From positions 16,757 through 73,623 of the forward strand of contig CAYIGH010000002.1 of assembly GCA_964362915.1 (NCBI GenBank): a stretch of DNA of 56,867 nucleotides, read 5' to 3'. Each line of letters opens with the position of its first letter. Within the stretch, counting starts at the first letter, position 1. Position numbers and translations under genes: made by a program. Below, piece by piece: positions 17,597-26,204 of this stretch. The stretch is from Candidatus Woesearchaeota archaeon. GTDB taxonomy: Archaea; Nanobdellota; Nanobdellia; Pacearchaeales; GW2011-AR1. The notes under the pieces were generated by a model. That model saw only the letters and a list, made by a program, of their open reading frames with translations. It did not search any database and was not told where the DNA came from.

Positions 17597-18835
17597 TCAA
17601 GGTAATTTCTTCATCTTTGCTTCAGCATCTGCAACCCTCTTGCTAAATCCTTCTCCGCTCTTTGTTTTCCTATATCTTCTGAATATGTAAATTATAACAA
17701 TTAAAAGTAGGACAGCAATAACATAGCCGATCCAAGACCTGCTTTTATTTTTCTTCTCTACAATACATTTGCCTATACAACACACACCATCTATGCTTGC
17801 CTTTATTTCTTTATCACAACTTTCTCCAGCAGAGCAAACAATACCCTTAAGTTCAGAACAATAATATAAAAGACTGCCATTTAAATAAGGAGTATTTGCT
17901 TCACTTTTATTTTCAGTAAAACTAATAACAACAGGCAGTTCAAATATTTTCTTTTCAACAGTTATATTTATAATTTCATTTATGCCTAATTTTTTTAAAT
18001 TCTCTGTTATTGCTCCAATAAAACTCAAATTTAGCTCTATAATTCTATTAGCTTCAATTGTAATCTTTTCAGCATTAACAGAAAATATTTCTCTATTATA
18101 CCCTAATTCAATATTCTCTATTTTGCTATTTCCTAAATTAACAATTCTAAAAGGGTATATGATATTATCGCTAACATGAACCTTACTTACAATTGCATTA
18201 GGTTCTATTCTTAATTTAAATTCTTGCTCAATAAAACTATTATTTATTTTATTAGCGATTAAATAAGCAGGCAGAGAATATTTACCAATATTAATTCTAA
18301 TAAATCCATCTTTCTCTACACTATCAATAGAAAATTTAATTTCATTCTTTCCAGGTTTTAATATAACATTTTTTTCATAGGGAAAACTAACACTAATACT
18401 TTCTTCATTATCCTTATTTAATTGCACACTAATTATGAAATCCTCCCTAGTAGAAACAGCTCCTGGTTTAATAGAATAATCAGTTAAATTTCCAGAAACA
18501 GAAAAATTCTGCATGAAATCAATAGTCTGTATTCTTCCATTAACAATTGTTACAATATTTTTAATAATTAAAGTATAATTATTTTCATTTTGCGGAGTAA
18601 TTGCCCAAAGAAAATATTTATTTTCTAACTTTTTCAAATCATAATCAAAAGGAACTAACACATGCCCTCTTCTAAATTCAACATTATCCGCACTAATGCC
18701 TTGCAATATCTCCCCAGATATCTCAGCAATAATTGTCTCATCTAATTCATAATTAGACTTTAAATCGCTTGAGATTCCAGATGCAAAACTAGAAAATAAC
18801 AAAATAAAAGCTATTGTCCATATTCCTCTTTTCAT
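17597..18835 (-). CDS. Surface protein: signal peptide, beta-rich ectodomain, Cys-rich stalk, C-terminal TM
   Basis: MKRGIWTIAFILLFSSFASG, ..CSELKGIVCSAGESCDKEIKASIDGVCCIGKC.., then a TM and a basic tail. Confidence 0.6.
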   Translation of the reverse strand: MKRGIWTIAFILLFSSFASGISSDLKSNYELDETIIAEISGEILQGISADNVEFRRGHVLVPFDYDLKKLENKYFLWAITPQNENNYTLIIKNIVTIVNGRIQTIDFMQNFSVSGNLTDYSIKPGAVSTREDFIISVQLNKDNEESISVSFPYEKNVILKPGKNEIKFSIDSVEKDGFIRINIGKYSLPAYLIANKINNSFIEQEFKLRIEPNAIVSKVHVSDNIIYPFRIVNLGNSKIENIELGYNREIFSVNAEKITIEANRIIELNLSFIGAITENLKKLGINEIINITVEKKIFELPVVISFTENKSEANTPYLNGSLLYYCSELKGIVCSAGESCDKEIKASIDGVCCIGKCIVEKKNKSRSWIGYVIAVLLLIVIIYIFRRYRKTKSGEGFSKRVADAEAKMKKLP

Positions 18836-18912
18836 AAATAACTTTATTGATTTTATTATATAAATCTGCCGTAATTATGAAAAGCATTTTTAACATCTAA
18901 AACTCTTTCTAA

Positions 18913-20790
18913 TTATTTACTCATTTCCCTAAGCTTCTTCATGGTTTCTTCCATTTCCTTGTCTTCAGGAGACTTAACACCCTTAGTCTGTCTTAACATA
19001 GGTCCTGACCTCACAGGCCCTCTCTGTCCAGGAGGCCCATATCTCGGCATAGGTCTAGGCATCATCATTCCAGGAGACGCTCCAGGCGGCAATCTAGGCC
19101 CACCCCCCCTAACTAAACCAGCGCCCTTTCCACCCTTTCTGCTATATAGCCAGCTCTGAATTCTATGCCTGTAAATTATTCCTAAAATTAGTAATAGAAT
19201 TAAAACAATAAAAATAGCTATCCATATCTTAGAAATTCCTGTCTTTTGTTCAGGTTCTTCAATTATTTTTTCTATGCAACATATATCTCCAGAATCAGGG
19301 CAGTTTTCAGTGCTGGACTCTTCATTATCAGAACAGCTTGTTTTACAGATTCCGCCAGAAATAGCGCATAAATTCTCTTGCTTTATGTTTTCACAAGCCC
19401 CCTCCAAACAGCAGCTTCCGTCAGCAGAAGGCTCTAATCTTCCTGTGCATCTCTGATTAGATGCACATATCAAACCTCTTTTCTCATCGCAAGTTGCATC
19501 AGCAAATCTTTTTGTACAGCAAACATTTCTAAAATTAGTGCATTCAAGATCTCTTAATATAGTTCCTCCACTGTCTAAGCAATCATCCTGTGTTTCGCAA
19601 TAGTATCCTTCTGATTCACAAATCTTCCCTCCTCCAGTCCCTTCACCATCTCCTCCAATTACGCCTGATCTAGGCCAACCAGCATATAATACAAATGCTG
19701 TGTCTCTAATGTTATTATTATTCCAGCACCCTTCTTTCGTTTGAACACTCAATAAATAATCTTGTGCAGATTCAAATTCAGTTGCTCCTGTTCCAGATAA
19801 GGCAAGCATAGCAAGAGCACTATCATAAAATCTATTATAGGGGCCTCCTATAATATCCCAATATTTCCCAAGTTTCTGATTTTGAATAAGCTCATTATAC
19901 ATATCTTCTCCATTAGTTAGAATATATAGGAAAGCAGAAGGCAAATATCTTTGATTTTCACTTAAAAGAGCCACAAGATAAGGGATATTAGCACTTGCAT
20001 CTTCTCCGATTTTAGTTAAAGCAAGTGCTGCCCACAATGTTCCTTCATAATCACACCTCGTTCCTGTAGCAAAACATTTAGAATTCACTTTTTCTGTTGT
20101 AGTTCCTAAAGATACGCTAGAATGCGTCTCAGATGAAACAAAAACAGTCTGTCCAGAACTTTTCTGATAAACTAATGCAGTTATAAAATCTTTATCACAT
20201 GATATTTCAAATTCTTTATCAAGGCAATTATTATTTATTTTCAGCCAATATCCTCCATATCCTATATCAAAGCATGTTCCAGGATTTCCTTCTAATTTCA
20301 TATCATCTCGCACTTTAATTTTAGATTCCCTTGAGTCATATTTCAAACTGCATTCAGAAGCTTCATGATTTTGAATATCTATTTCCAAATACCATATTAA
20401 ATCCCTGGAATTTTGTGTCTTAGACAAAAGCCAGTTTTTTACTCCTTCTTTATCTCCTCCAATTCTGTCTAATGTTAATAAAACCTGTGCACTATCCTTT
20501 ATAGTGCATCCTGCCTTTGGCCAGCATGCCTCATTAGTCTTTTTTTCCTGTTCAATTTTCTCTTTTAATTTATTTTCATTTCCTAAAGCAAGAGTTCCAA
20601 AAACAGCATCCTGCAGAGAAAAAGAGGTTTTTGATTCTATCTGATTTTCAAGACATTCATAAGCTTTATCAATTTTGTCATCATCGCCAGCAATTTCAGA
20701 AGCATTTTGGCTTTGGCCTGTGACAATAAAAAATCCAAATGCCAAAATAGCAAAAACAAAGAATACTAAAATCATTCCCTTTTTCATCAT
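18913..20790 (-). CDS. Surface protein with prenyltransferase/terpenoid-cyclase-like alpha-toroid repeats, Cys-rich stalk, TM and Pro/Gly-rich cytoplasmic tail
   Basis: Signal peptide. Repeats such as DSAQVLLTLDRIG, GTLWAALALTKIG, SALAMLALSGTG and RDTAFVLYAGW. Many Cys. A TM, then the GGPRLPPGASPGMMMPRPMPRYGPPGQRGP tail. Confidence 0.6.
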   Translation of the reverse strand: MMKKGMILVFFVFAILAFGFFIVTGQSQNASEIAGDDDKIDKAYECLENQIESKTSFSLQDAVFGTLALGNENKLKEKIEQEKKTNEACWPKAGCTIKDSAQVLLTLDRIGGDKEGVKNWLLSKTQNSRDLIWYLEIDIQNHEASECSLKYDSRESKIKVRDDMKLEGNPGTCFDIGYGGYWLKINNNCLDKEFEISCDKDFITALVYQKSSGQTVFVSSETHSSVSLGTTTEKVNSKCFATGTRCDYEGTLWAALALTKIGEDASANIPYLVALLSENQRYLPSAFLYILTNGEDMYNELIQNQKLGKYWDIIGGPYNRFYDSALAMLALSGTGATEFESAQDYLLSVQTKEGCWNNNNIRDTAFVLYAGWPRSGVIGGDGEGTGGGKICESEGYYCETQDDCLDSGGTILRDLECTNFRNVCCTKRFADATCDEKRGLICASNQRCTGRLEPSADGSCCLEGACENIKQENLCAISGGICKTSCSDNEESSTENCPDSGDICCIEKIIEEPEQKTGISKIWIAIFIVLILLLILGIIYRHRIQSWLYSRKGGKGAGLVRGGGPRLPPGASPGMMMPRPMPRYGPPGQRGPVRSGPMLRQTKGVKSPEDKEMEETMKKLREMSK

Positions 20791-20858
20791 TATACTATGA
20801 ATCCTTAATTTAAAAAGTTTCTTAGATTGAAATTTCTTTAATCTTCAATATTTCTAAC

Positions 20859-20895
20859 CAATTAATAGTGAAAATTCATCTATAAACTTTAAATA
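20859..20895 (+). promoter_or_regulatory. 37-nt promoter-like motif, copy 2 (TATA-like TTTAAATA, about 25 nt before ATG 20917)
   Basis: caattaatagtgaaaattcatctataaactttaaata. The spacing fits a leaderless archaeal transcript. Confidence 0.45.
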
Positions 20896-20916
20896 CCGCA
20901 GATTATTACAAAAACA

Positions 20917-21798
20917 ATGACAGAAACAAAATTCCAAAGATTCAACTGGAATATTCCAAGAATAAAAGCAAGTCTGCCAGAAGGCGAAGATACTGAAGAA
21001 TTATACAACACATTTAATCAAGATATAAAAGATAGTTATGTAAATAATCTTAAAATAAAAGTTCTTAATTACGATTCTGAAACTAATTCAATAACAGGAA
21101 GTAATATCTTTGCCGTATCAAGACTATCTGAAATATTAAGAGAATATGGATTAAGAACAGCAATTCCTTCTGATGACAGATATGGTAATATCTCTAATTT
21201 AGTAAAAGGCAGATTTTATACAAATTTCAACGCTCTAATTTTAAGAACAGTAGGAGACAGCTACAAAATAAATGACGAAATAGCCAAAAACCTAGCTGAA
21301 AAAATAGAAAATAGAGAAGGAAAATTAAAACTTCCTTTAATGGTTGTAGCCCCTTTAATAAGATATTCTCAAGATAAAGAAAATTCATATCAGTTAGTTT
21401 TTGACTTATCTGATAAAACTCAAATCATAGAAGATGAAAGGTTAGACGGAAAGAAATATCGAACAGAAAAATTCAATGAAGTTGACGATTTAGGCCTGCC
21501 TTTATTTGATAGAAGAGGAAATAGAACTTGGTATGCAAGAGAAGATGGACTTGTGAGGCTTTACCTGGGCAGGAATCTCGATGCTAACTCCGACTTCGAG
21601 GATCTTGCTTACTCGAGTGCCGGCGGTCTGGTAGTTTTAGTTTCCAGCTTTGCTGGAACGCAGAATTTTTTAGAGGATTCGTATAAACAGAAAGAAAGCG
21701 AACTTTATGTCAATAAATTACAAGAAGAAAGAGACAAACAAATCAAAGCAATAGAAGAAAGATATCAGAAAGCCCTCAAGATTCTTAAAGGAGATTAA
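20917..21798 (+). CDS. Hypothetical protein (293 aa)
   Basis: Intact ORF behind a promoter-like motif. There is a local GC-rich patch around 21560-21660 (..LGRNLDANSDFEDLAYSSAGGLVVLV..). Confidence 0.5.
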   Translation: MTETKFQRFNWNIPRIKASLPEGEDTEELYNTFNQDIKDSYVNNLKIKVLNYDSETNSITGSNIFAVSRLSEILREYGLRTAIPSDDRYGNISNLVKGRFYTNFNALILRTVGDSYKINDEIAKNLAEKIENREGKLKLPLMVVAPLIRYSQDKENSYQLVFDLSDKTQIIEDERLDGKKYRTEKFNEVDDLGLPLFDRRGNRTWYAREDGLVRLYLGRNLDANSDFEDLAYSSAGGLVVLVSSFAGTQNFLEDSYKQKESELYVNKLQEERDKQIKAIEERYQKALKILKGD

Positions 21799-23370
21799 TT
21801 AAGACTTTCTTCTAACACTCCTCAATACATCAACAATCGGATTCTTCACTTTTGGCTTCTCGTCTAACAATCCTAAATCCTTATAGAAATTATCATTACT
21901 GTAATTAGGGGGCAATATTTGTTTTTTTTGTTTTAAATGCCATTCAATTTGCCCTTTAACATACCCTTCTTTCAAAGGAGGGTCATTTAAAGCATTCCAC
22001 TCCCTTATTTTCTGGTTAATATATTCTGGAGAGAAATTCAAGCTTTTTAAAAAAGTCAGCAAAACAAACAAACCTCTTTTCTTGCCATCTTTCAACCCCT
22101 TTAATAATTTTTTAATAGGTTTTGGAAAATCCTCCTCTCTAACATTACTTAATTCAATCTTATTTATATTGCCAGAATATTTTTTCTTCTGTATTAATCT
22201 TTCTTCTTTGGTATTTTTCATCTTCCATTCTAATGCCTTAGCTAATAATTTCTTCGCCTCTTCAATATCATTTTCAGGCAAAAAATCTCTAATTTTAATT
22301 CTTAAAGGATCAGCATCTCTAAAAGGGTCAAACCTTTCAATTTCATTTTTATCAACAACAACACTTGCCAGAGCACTTTTTTCATGCAGAGAATAAGGCA
22401 TTCTGAATAAATGTCTCGGAGCTACTAAAACCAAATCAGGCATTCCGAATAGCTCCCCGGAAACGCCCTCTTCAAACTCATCTGACTCTTTTGCCTCTTT
22501 AGTATATGTCGCTTTATATTTTCCAGAAGTTTCTCTTTTGTCTATGGAAGAAACACCCTCACAAAAATCACACTGATAGTAATCCTCATGCTCAGCAACT
22601 TCCAAAACACCTGCACAACCATTCTGGGGGCAAACAAGTTTCTTTTTCGTAACCTTTATATCTTTTCTTCTAATCTCAAAGCTACATTCAGGACATCTTA
22701 GAGTTATAACTGTTCCTTCTTTAGCAGGCCTTCCGCATCTAGGGCATACAGACATAATAAAATCTTCCTCAGAAAGATTTGTTCTTTTTTTGATAACCTC
22801 AACTCCACCCATAACTTCAGAAGCTCTTTTATTATAATCAGGTCTAATATAATGTATTAAATATTCACATATAGCTCTAGGCCATTCAGGAAACATCTCA
22901 TTCATTTTTTTTCCTTCAAATTCAGAAGGAAATGCTTTTCCAGAAACAATAATATGCCAGCCCTTGCTTCCACTGAATTTAACACGATAATTCTTTATTC
23001 CATGGTTTTCCAGAGCTTTAATTACTAACAAACACAATAATTTTGATAAATCTAAATATTTAGAATCAATATCAATTACAAGATCCCATGATTTTCTCAG
23101 CTCAGATAATTCATCTGCACGCATATCAGAATTAATCTTTAAAGGATCATGCCAAATTTCTTCAGAAGCATGGAAAGAAGTGGCTCCATTTTTAACTAAG
23201 CCCATTATATCTGAATTATACTGCAATGTATCAGGCCTCTTTCCAAAACTCTCGTAATATCTAGGCACAACCTCTCTTCCTTGAGAAAATTTCAAAATAG
23301 CTTCTTGTACCTTAGGATTTGAATAATAGATATGTGTAATCTTTTTAATCCTTGCCTCTTTTTCCTCCAT
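21799..23370 (-). CDS. priS: Archaeo-eukaryotic DNA primase catalytic subunit (PriS-like) with Zn-ribbon insert and C-terminal helical extension
   Basis: Motif I WDLVIDIDS, motif II FSGSKGWHIIV, motif III RHLFRMPYSLHEKS. CPRC...CPEC and C..C clusters lie between the motifs. About 130 extra C-terminal residues. Confidence 0.8.
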   Translation of the reverse strand: MEEKEARIKKITHIYYSNPKVQEAILKFSQGREVVPRYYESFGKRPDTLQYNSDIMGLVKNGATSFHASEEIWHDPLKINSDMRADELSELRKSWDLVIDIDSKYLDLSKLLCLLVIKALENHGIKNYRVKFSGSKGWHIIVSGKAFPSEFEGKKMNEMFPEWPRAICEYLIHYIRPDYNKRASEVMGGVEVIKKRTNLSEEDFIMSVCPRCGRPAKEGTVITLRCPECSFEIRRKDIKVTKKKLVCPQNGCAGVLEVAEHEDYYQCDFCEGVSSIDKRETSGKYKATYTKEAKESDEFEEGVSGELFGMPDLVLVAPRHLFRMPYSLHEKSALASVVVDKNEIERFDPFRDADPLRIKIRDFLPENDIEEAKKLLAKALEWKMKNTKEERLIQKKKYSGNINKIELSNVREEDFPKPIKKLLKGLKDGKKRGLFVLLTFLKSLNFSPEYINQKIREWNALNDPPLKEGYVKGQIEWHLKQKKQILPPNYSNDNFYKDLGLLDEKPKVKNPIVDVLRSVRRKS

Positions 23371-23636
23371 AGTTGAGAAAAAGAGTTATGGCTTATATTC
23401 TTTATTGTATTCTTTTATTTGTTGAATAATTATTTCCTCTTTTAAATACATGCCTAAATCTAAATAATATTGGCTTATTTTTATCTCATTAATGGAATAT
23501 TTATCTATTATCTTTTTAACATCCTATTTTTCAGCTTTCTCTCTTTTCATTTATTCAGAATAATAAACAAGATTATAACATTTGTTATACTATACACCAC
23601 AACAAACCTTAAAAACAAAATACCCTCTCTAAAAAG

Positions 23637-24365
23637 ATGCTCCTAAAATTAGAAAATCCAAGATTATTTGCCGATATAATATCAATAATTTCTGAATTAG
23701 TTATTGAAGTAAAGATAAAAGTGACAAAAGAGGGCCTGTCTTTAACTGCAGTAGACCCTGCAAATGTAGCAATGGTGCATTTCAAAATGCCTTCTGATCT
23801 ATTTTCAGAATATTTAATAGATAAAAATGAAGTTTTAGGTGTAAATCTTGAAAATCTTAAGGCAGTTCTAAGAAGATGTAAGCCAGGAAGTTCCCTGGCG
23901 ATTCAAAGACATGAAAATACTCTGAAATTAGGAATCCATGATAGAATAAAAAGGGATTTTAGTTTAGCTTTATTGGATATAGATGCAGAAGAAAAAGAAA
24001 TGCCCCAATGGGAATTCAATTCTATTATTAAGCTAAATGCAGACTCTTTAGTTGAAGTTATAGAAGATTGCGCCGTCGTATCTGATGCATGCACATTTAT
24101 AGCAGAACCATCGAAATTCATAGTTGAAGCATACGGCCTAAACTCTGCAAGAGCAGAGTTCTCTTCAGATGAAGCAGAAATCCATTCAGCAAATAGTATG
24201 GCGCGCTTCTCTTTAGAATACATGAACAAATTTATTAAAGGTGCAAAGATTTCAAGTCGCGTCCATCTAAGCTTTTCCAATAATCACCCCATGAGATTAG
24301 ACTTCCCGACAGGAAATGTAATGCTTTCTTTTGTCTTAGCTCCGAGAATTGAACAGGACGATTGA
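23637..24365 (+). CDS. pcn: DNA polymerase sliding clamp PCNA
   Basis: 242 aa. LFADIISIISELVIEVKIKVTKEGLSLTAVDPANVAMVHFKM.. is the typical PCNA N-domain, and the domain is duplicated. Confidence 0.9.
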   Translation: MLLKLENPRLFADIISIISELVIEVKIKVTKEGLSLTAVDPANVAMVHFKMPSDLFSEYLIDKNEVLGVNLENLKAVLRRCKPGSSLAIQRHENTLKLGIHDRIKRDFSLALLDIDAEEKEMPQWEFNSIIKLNADSLVEVIEDCAVVSDACTFIAEPSKFIVEAYGLNSARAEFSSDEAEIHSANSMARFSLEYMNKFIKGAKISSRVHLSFSNNHPMRLDFPTGNVMLSFVLAPRIEQDD

Positions 24366-24366
24366 A

Positions 24367-24636
24367 ATGGAAGTTAAAGAATTCATTAAAACAATCTTGA
24401 AAGATGTAACCGAAGCCCTACAAGAATCAGATAAAGAAAATCAAAAATTTCGCTTCCATTTTAATGAGAACATTAATGATTATATCGATTTTGATTTGGC
24501 TGTAGTATCTAAAAGGACAGAAGAAGGAAAATTTGGTGCGGAAATTGTAGGAATTGGTGGAAAAATTCAAGGAAGTGCTTCTAATGAAATTGTTAATCGT
24601 ATTAAATTTAGAATATGTACTTATGAGAAAAGATAA
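24367..24636 (+). CDS. Small protein resembling the Trypco2 (trypsin-co-occurring domain 2) family
   Basis: MEVKEFIKTILKDVTEALQES..KFRFHF...IDFDLAVVSKRTEEGKFGAEIVGIGGKIQGSASNEIVNRIKFRI. The pattern is helix, basic-F-x-F, beta strands, then a Gly/Ser loop. The match is judged from memory. The ATG lies 1 nt after the PCNA stop. Confidence 0.45.
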   Translation: MEVKEFIKTILKDVTEALQESDKENQKFRFHFNENINDYIDFDLAVVSKRTEEGKFGAEIVGIGGKIQGSASNEIVNRIKFRICTYEKR

Positions 24637-24670
24637 TTATCTTTAAATATATGACATATTCTAAAATAAA

Positions 24671-24856
24671 ATGGAAGAAAAGCTTCTAGTTCTTCTAATA
24701 GCTGACGGAATGTTTCTTTTAATTGGCGTTATAATGTCAACAATTCAAAATAAGTTTAAAATACCTGAAAAACATACAGATATAGTATGGGAACTAGTTA
24801 AATATCTCACTTCCGCAATAGCCGGATATCAGATTGGAGCAGGGATAATAAAATGA
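24671..24856 (+). CDS. Small membrane protein (61 aa, 2 predicted TM)
   Basis: Hydrophobic segments LLVLLIADGMFLLIGVIM and LTSAIAGYQIGAGII. Confidence 0.4.
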   Translation: MEEKLLVLLIADGMFLLIGVIMSTIQNKFKIPEKHTDIVWELVKYLTSAIAGYQIGAGIIK

Positions 24857-24969
24857 CTAATTTGTTCACAATACTTGGAATAATAATATTCGTTTTTGGA
24901 GGGATAATAAGAAATAGAATAATTTTAGGTGTAGGGGTTGCTCTTATTTTACTTGGGGCTTTTACTTAA
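24853..24969 (+). CDS. Tiny membrane protein (38 aa)
   Basis: MTNLFTILGIIIFVFGGIIRNRIILGVGVALILLGAFT. ATGA overlap with the previous ORF. Below the track length cutoff. Confidence 0.3.
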   Translation: MTNLFTILGIIIFVFGGIIRNRIILGVGVALILLGAFT

Positions 24970-25018
24970 ATAATCCGAAAGATCTATAAACTTCACATAA
25001 TTAAATATTTAACAAAAG

Positions 25019-25837
25019 ATGATAAAAACAACCCACAAAATAATTTTAGGCGACGCATTAAAAGTTTTAAAGACAATTCCAGATAATTCTATTGATCTAG
25101 TATTTGCAGATCCTCCATATAATATGTCTAAGAAAAAAGGTTTAGCATGGAAATATAGTAAACATGTAACTATGCAAGAAGATTGGGATATGTATTCTAA
25201 AGATGATTTCTTCAAATTTAATAAAGAATGGATAGCGGAATGTTTTAGGGCGCTTAAACATGGCGGCAGTCTTTGGATTTCAGGGAGTTTTCATAATATT
25301 TATCAAATGGGATTTATTATTCAGCAATTTCATCCTGAAATTAAAATAAATAATAGTATAGTTTGGTTTAAACCAAATGCCCAACCAAATATTACCTGTA
25401 GATTCTTTACAGAGAGTACAGAGCATTTAATATGGGCAACAAAGAACGGAGAAGGTAAAAAATGGAAATTCAATTATAAATGGACCAAAGATCATATTGA
25501 AGACTCATTAAATCCAAAAGGAAAACAAACAAGAAATGTTTGGAGTATTCCTTTAACACCAAAGAAAGAAAAATGGGCAGGTGAGCATCCAACACAGAAA
25601 CCATTTGAATTATTAAGAAGAATTATTTTATCTTCTACAAATGAAGGAGATACAGTTTTAGATCCGTTTGTTGGCTCTGGCACAACTTCTGCAGTTGCCA
25701 AATATTATGGTAGGAATTCAATAGGAATAGAAGTAAATAATAAATATCTTGATATAATAAAGAAAAGATTACAAAAAGAGCAAAAGACTCTTTCGGGAGA
25801 AGAACCAGAAATTATTTTTGAGGAGTTTAAGGATTAA
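25019..25837 (+). CDS. DNA methyltransferase, beta-class N6-adenine/N4-cytosine (PF01555-type)
   Basis: Motif IV VFADPPYN lies near the N-terminus and motif I DPFVGSGTTSAVA near the C-terminus. Confidence 0.9.
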   Translation: MIKTTHKIILGDALKVLKTIPDNSIDLVFADPPYNMSKKKGLAWKYSKHVTMQEDWDMYSKDDFFKFNKEWIAECFRALKHGGSLWISGSFHNIYQMGFIIQQFHPEIKINNSIVWFKPNAQPNITCRFFTESTEHLIWATKNGEGKKWKFNYKWTKDHIEDSLNPKGKQTRNVWSIPLTPKKEKWAGEHPTQKPFELLRRIILSSTNEGDTVLDPFVGSGTTSAVAKYYGRNSIGIEVNNKYLDIIKKRLQKEQKTLSGEEPEIIFEEFKD

Positions 25838-25920
25838 TTTTCTCACATAAGTAAATATTATAATAACATATTTTTTCTATATATTATATAATTAATATGT
25901 AATGATATAAAATAGAAACA

Positions 25921-25928
25921 TTTAAATA
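25921..25928 (+). promoter_or_regulatory. TATA-like box for the 25953-27776 operon
   Basis: tttaaata ends 25 nt before ATG 25953, which fits a leaderless configuration. Confidence 0.35.
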
Positions 25929-25952
25929 ATATTGAATACCTATAATATCTAG

Positions 25953-26204
25953 ATGTTCAGCAAATCAAAACCCAAAATAGATAGTAAAACATTAAAAGAA
26001 GAAAGATTTAAGAGAATTGCTAGTAGAAGAGTTCAAGAAATCTTAGATAAACTTAGACTTTTAGGAAATTGTGCAAATCGTGGAAATTATCATTATTCAG
26101 AGGAACAAGTAAGAAAAATATTTAATGCCATTGATGACGAATGGAAGAAAGTAAAGACTGAGTTTAATAAGGGGAAAAATAAAAACAAGGAGTTTAATTT
26201 ATAA
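25953..26204 (+). CDS. Hypothetical small basic protein (83 aa), operonic with the GHKL ATPase
   Basis: Its stop TAA directly abuts ATG 26205. No recognised motif. Confidence 0.5.
   Translation: MFSKSKPKIDSKTLKEERFKRIASRRVQEILDKLRLLGNCANRGNYHYSEEQVRKIFNAIDDEWKKVKTEFNKGKNKNKEFNL

Noticed and set aside
23386-23550. Minus-strand 55-codon frame that reads sensibly through an in-frame TAG at codon 9 (MKREKAEK-TAG-DVKKIIDKYSINEIKISQYYLDLGMYLKEEIIIQQIKEYNKEYKP). Considered as possible stop-codon recoding.
   Set aside because: TAG clearly terminates well-defined genes here (the L22 stop at 33918-33920 and the Rrp42 stop at 49423-49425). Recoding is therefore unlikely. It is more probably a decayed small ORF or chance.
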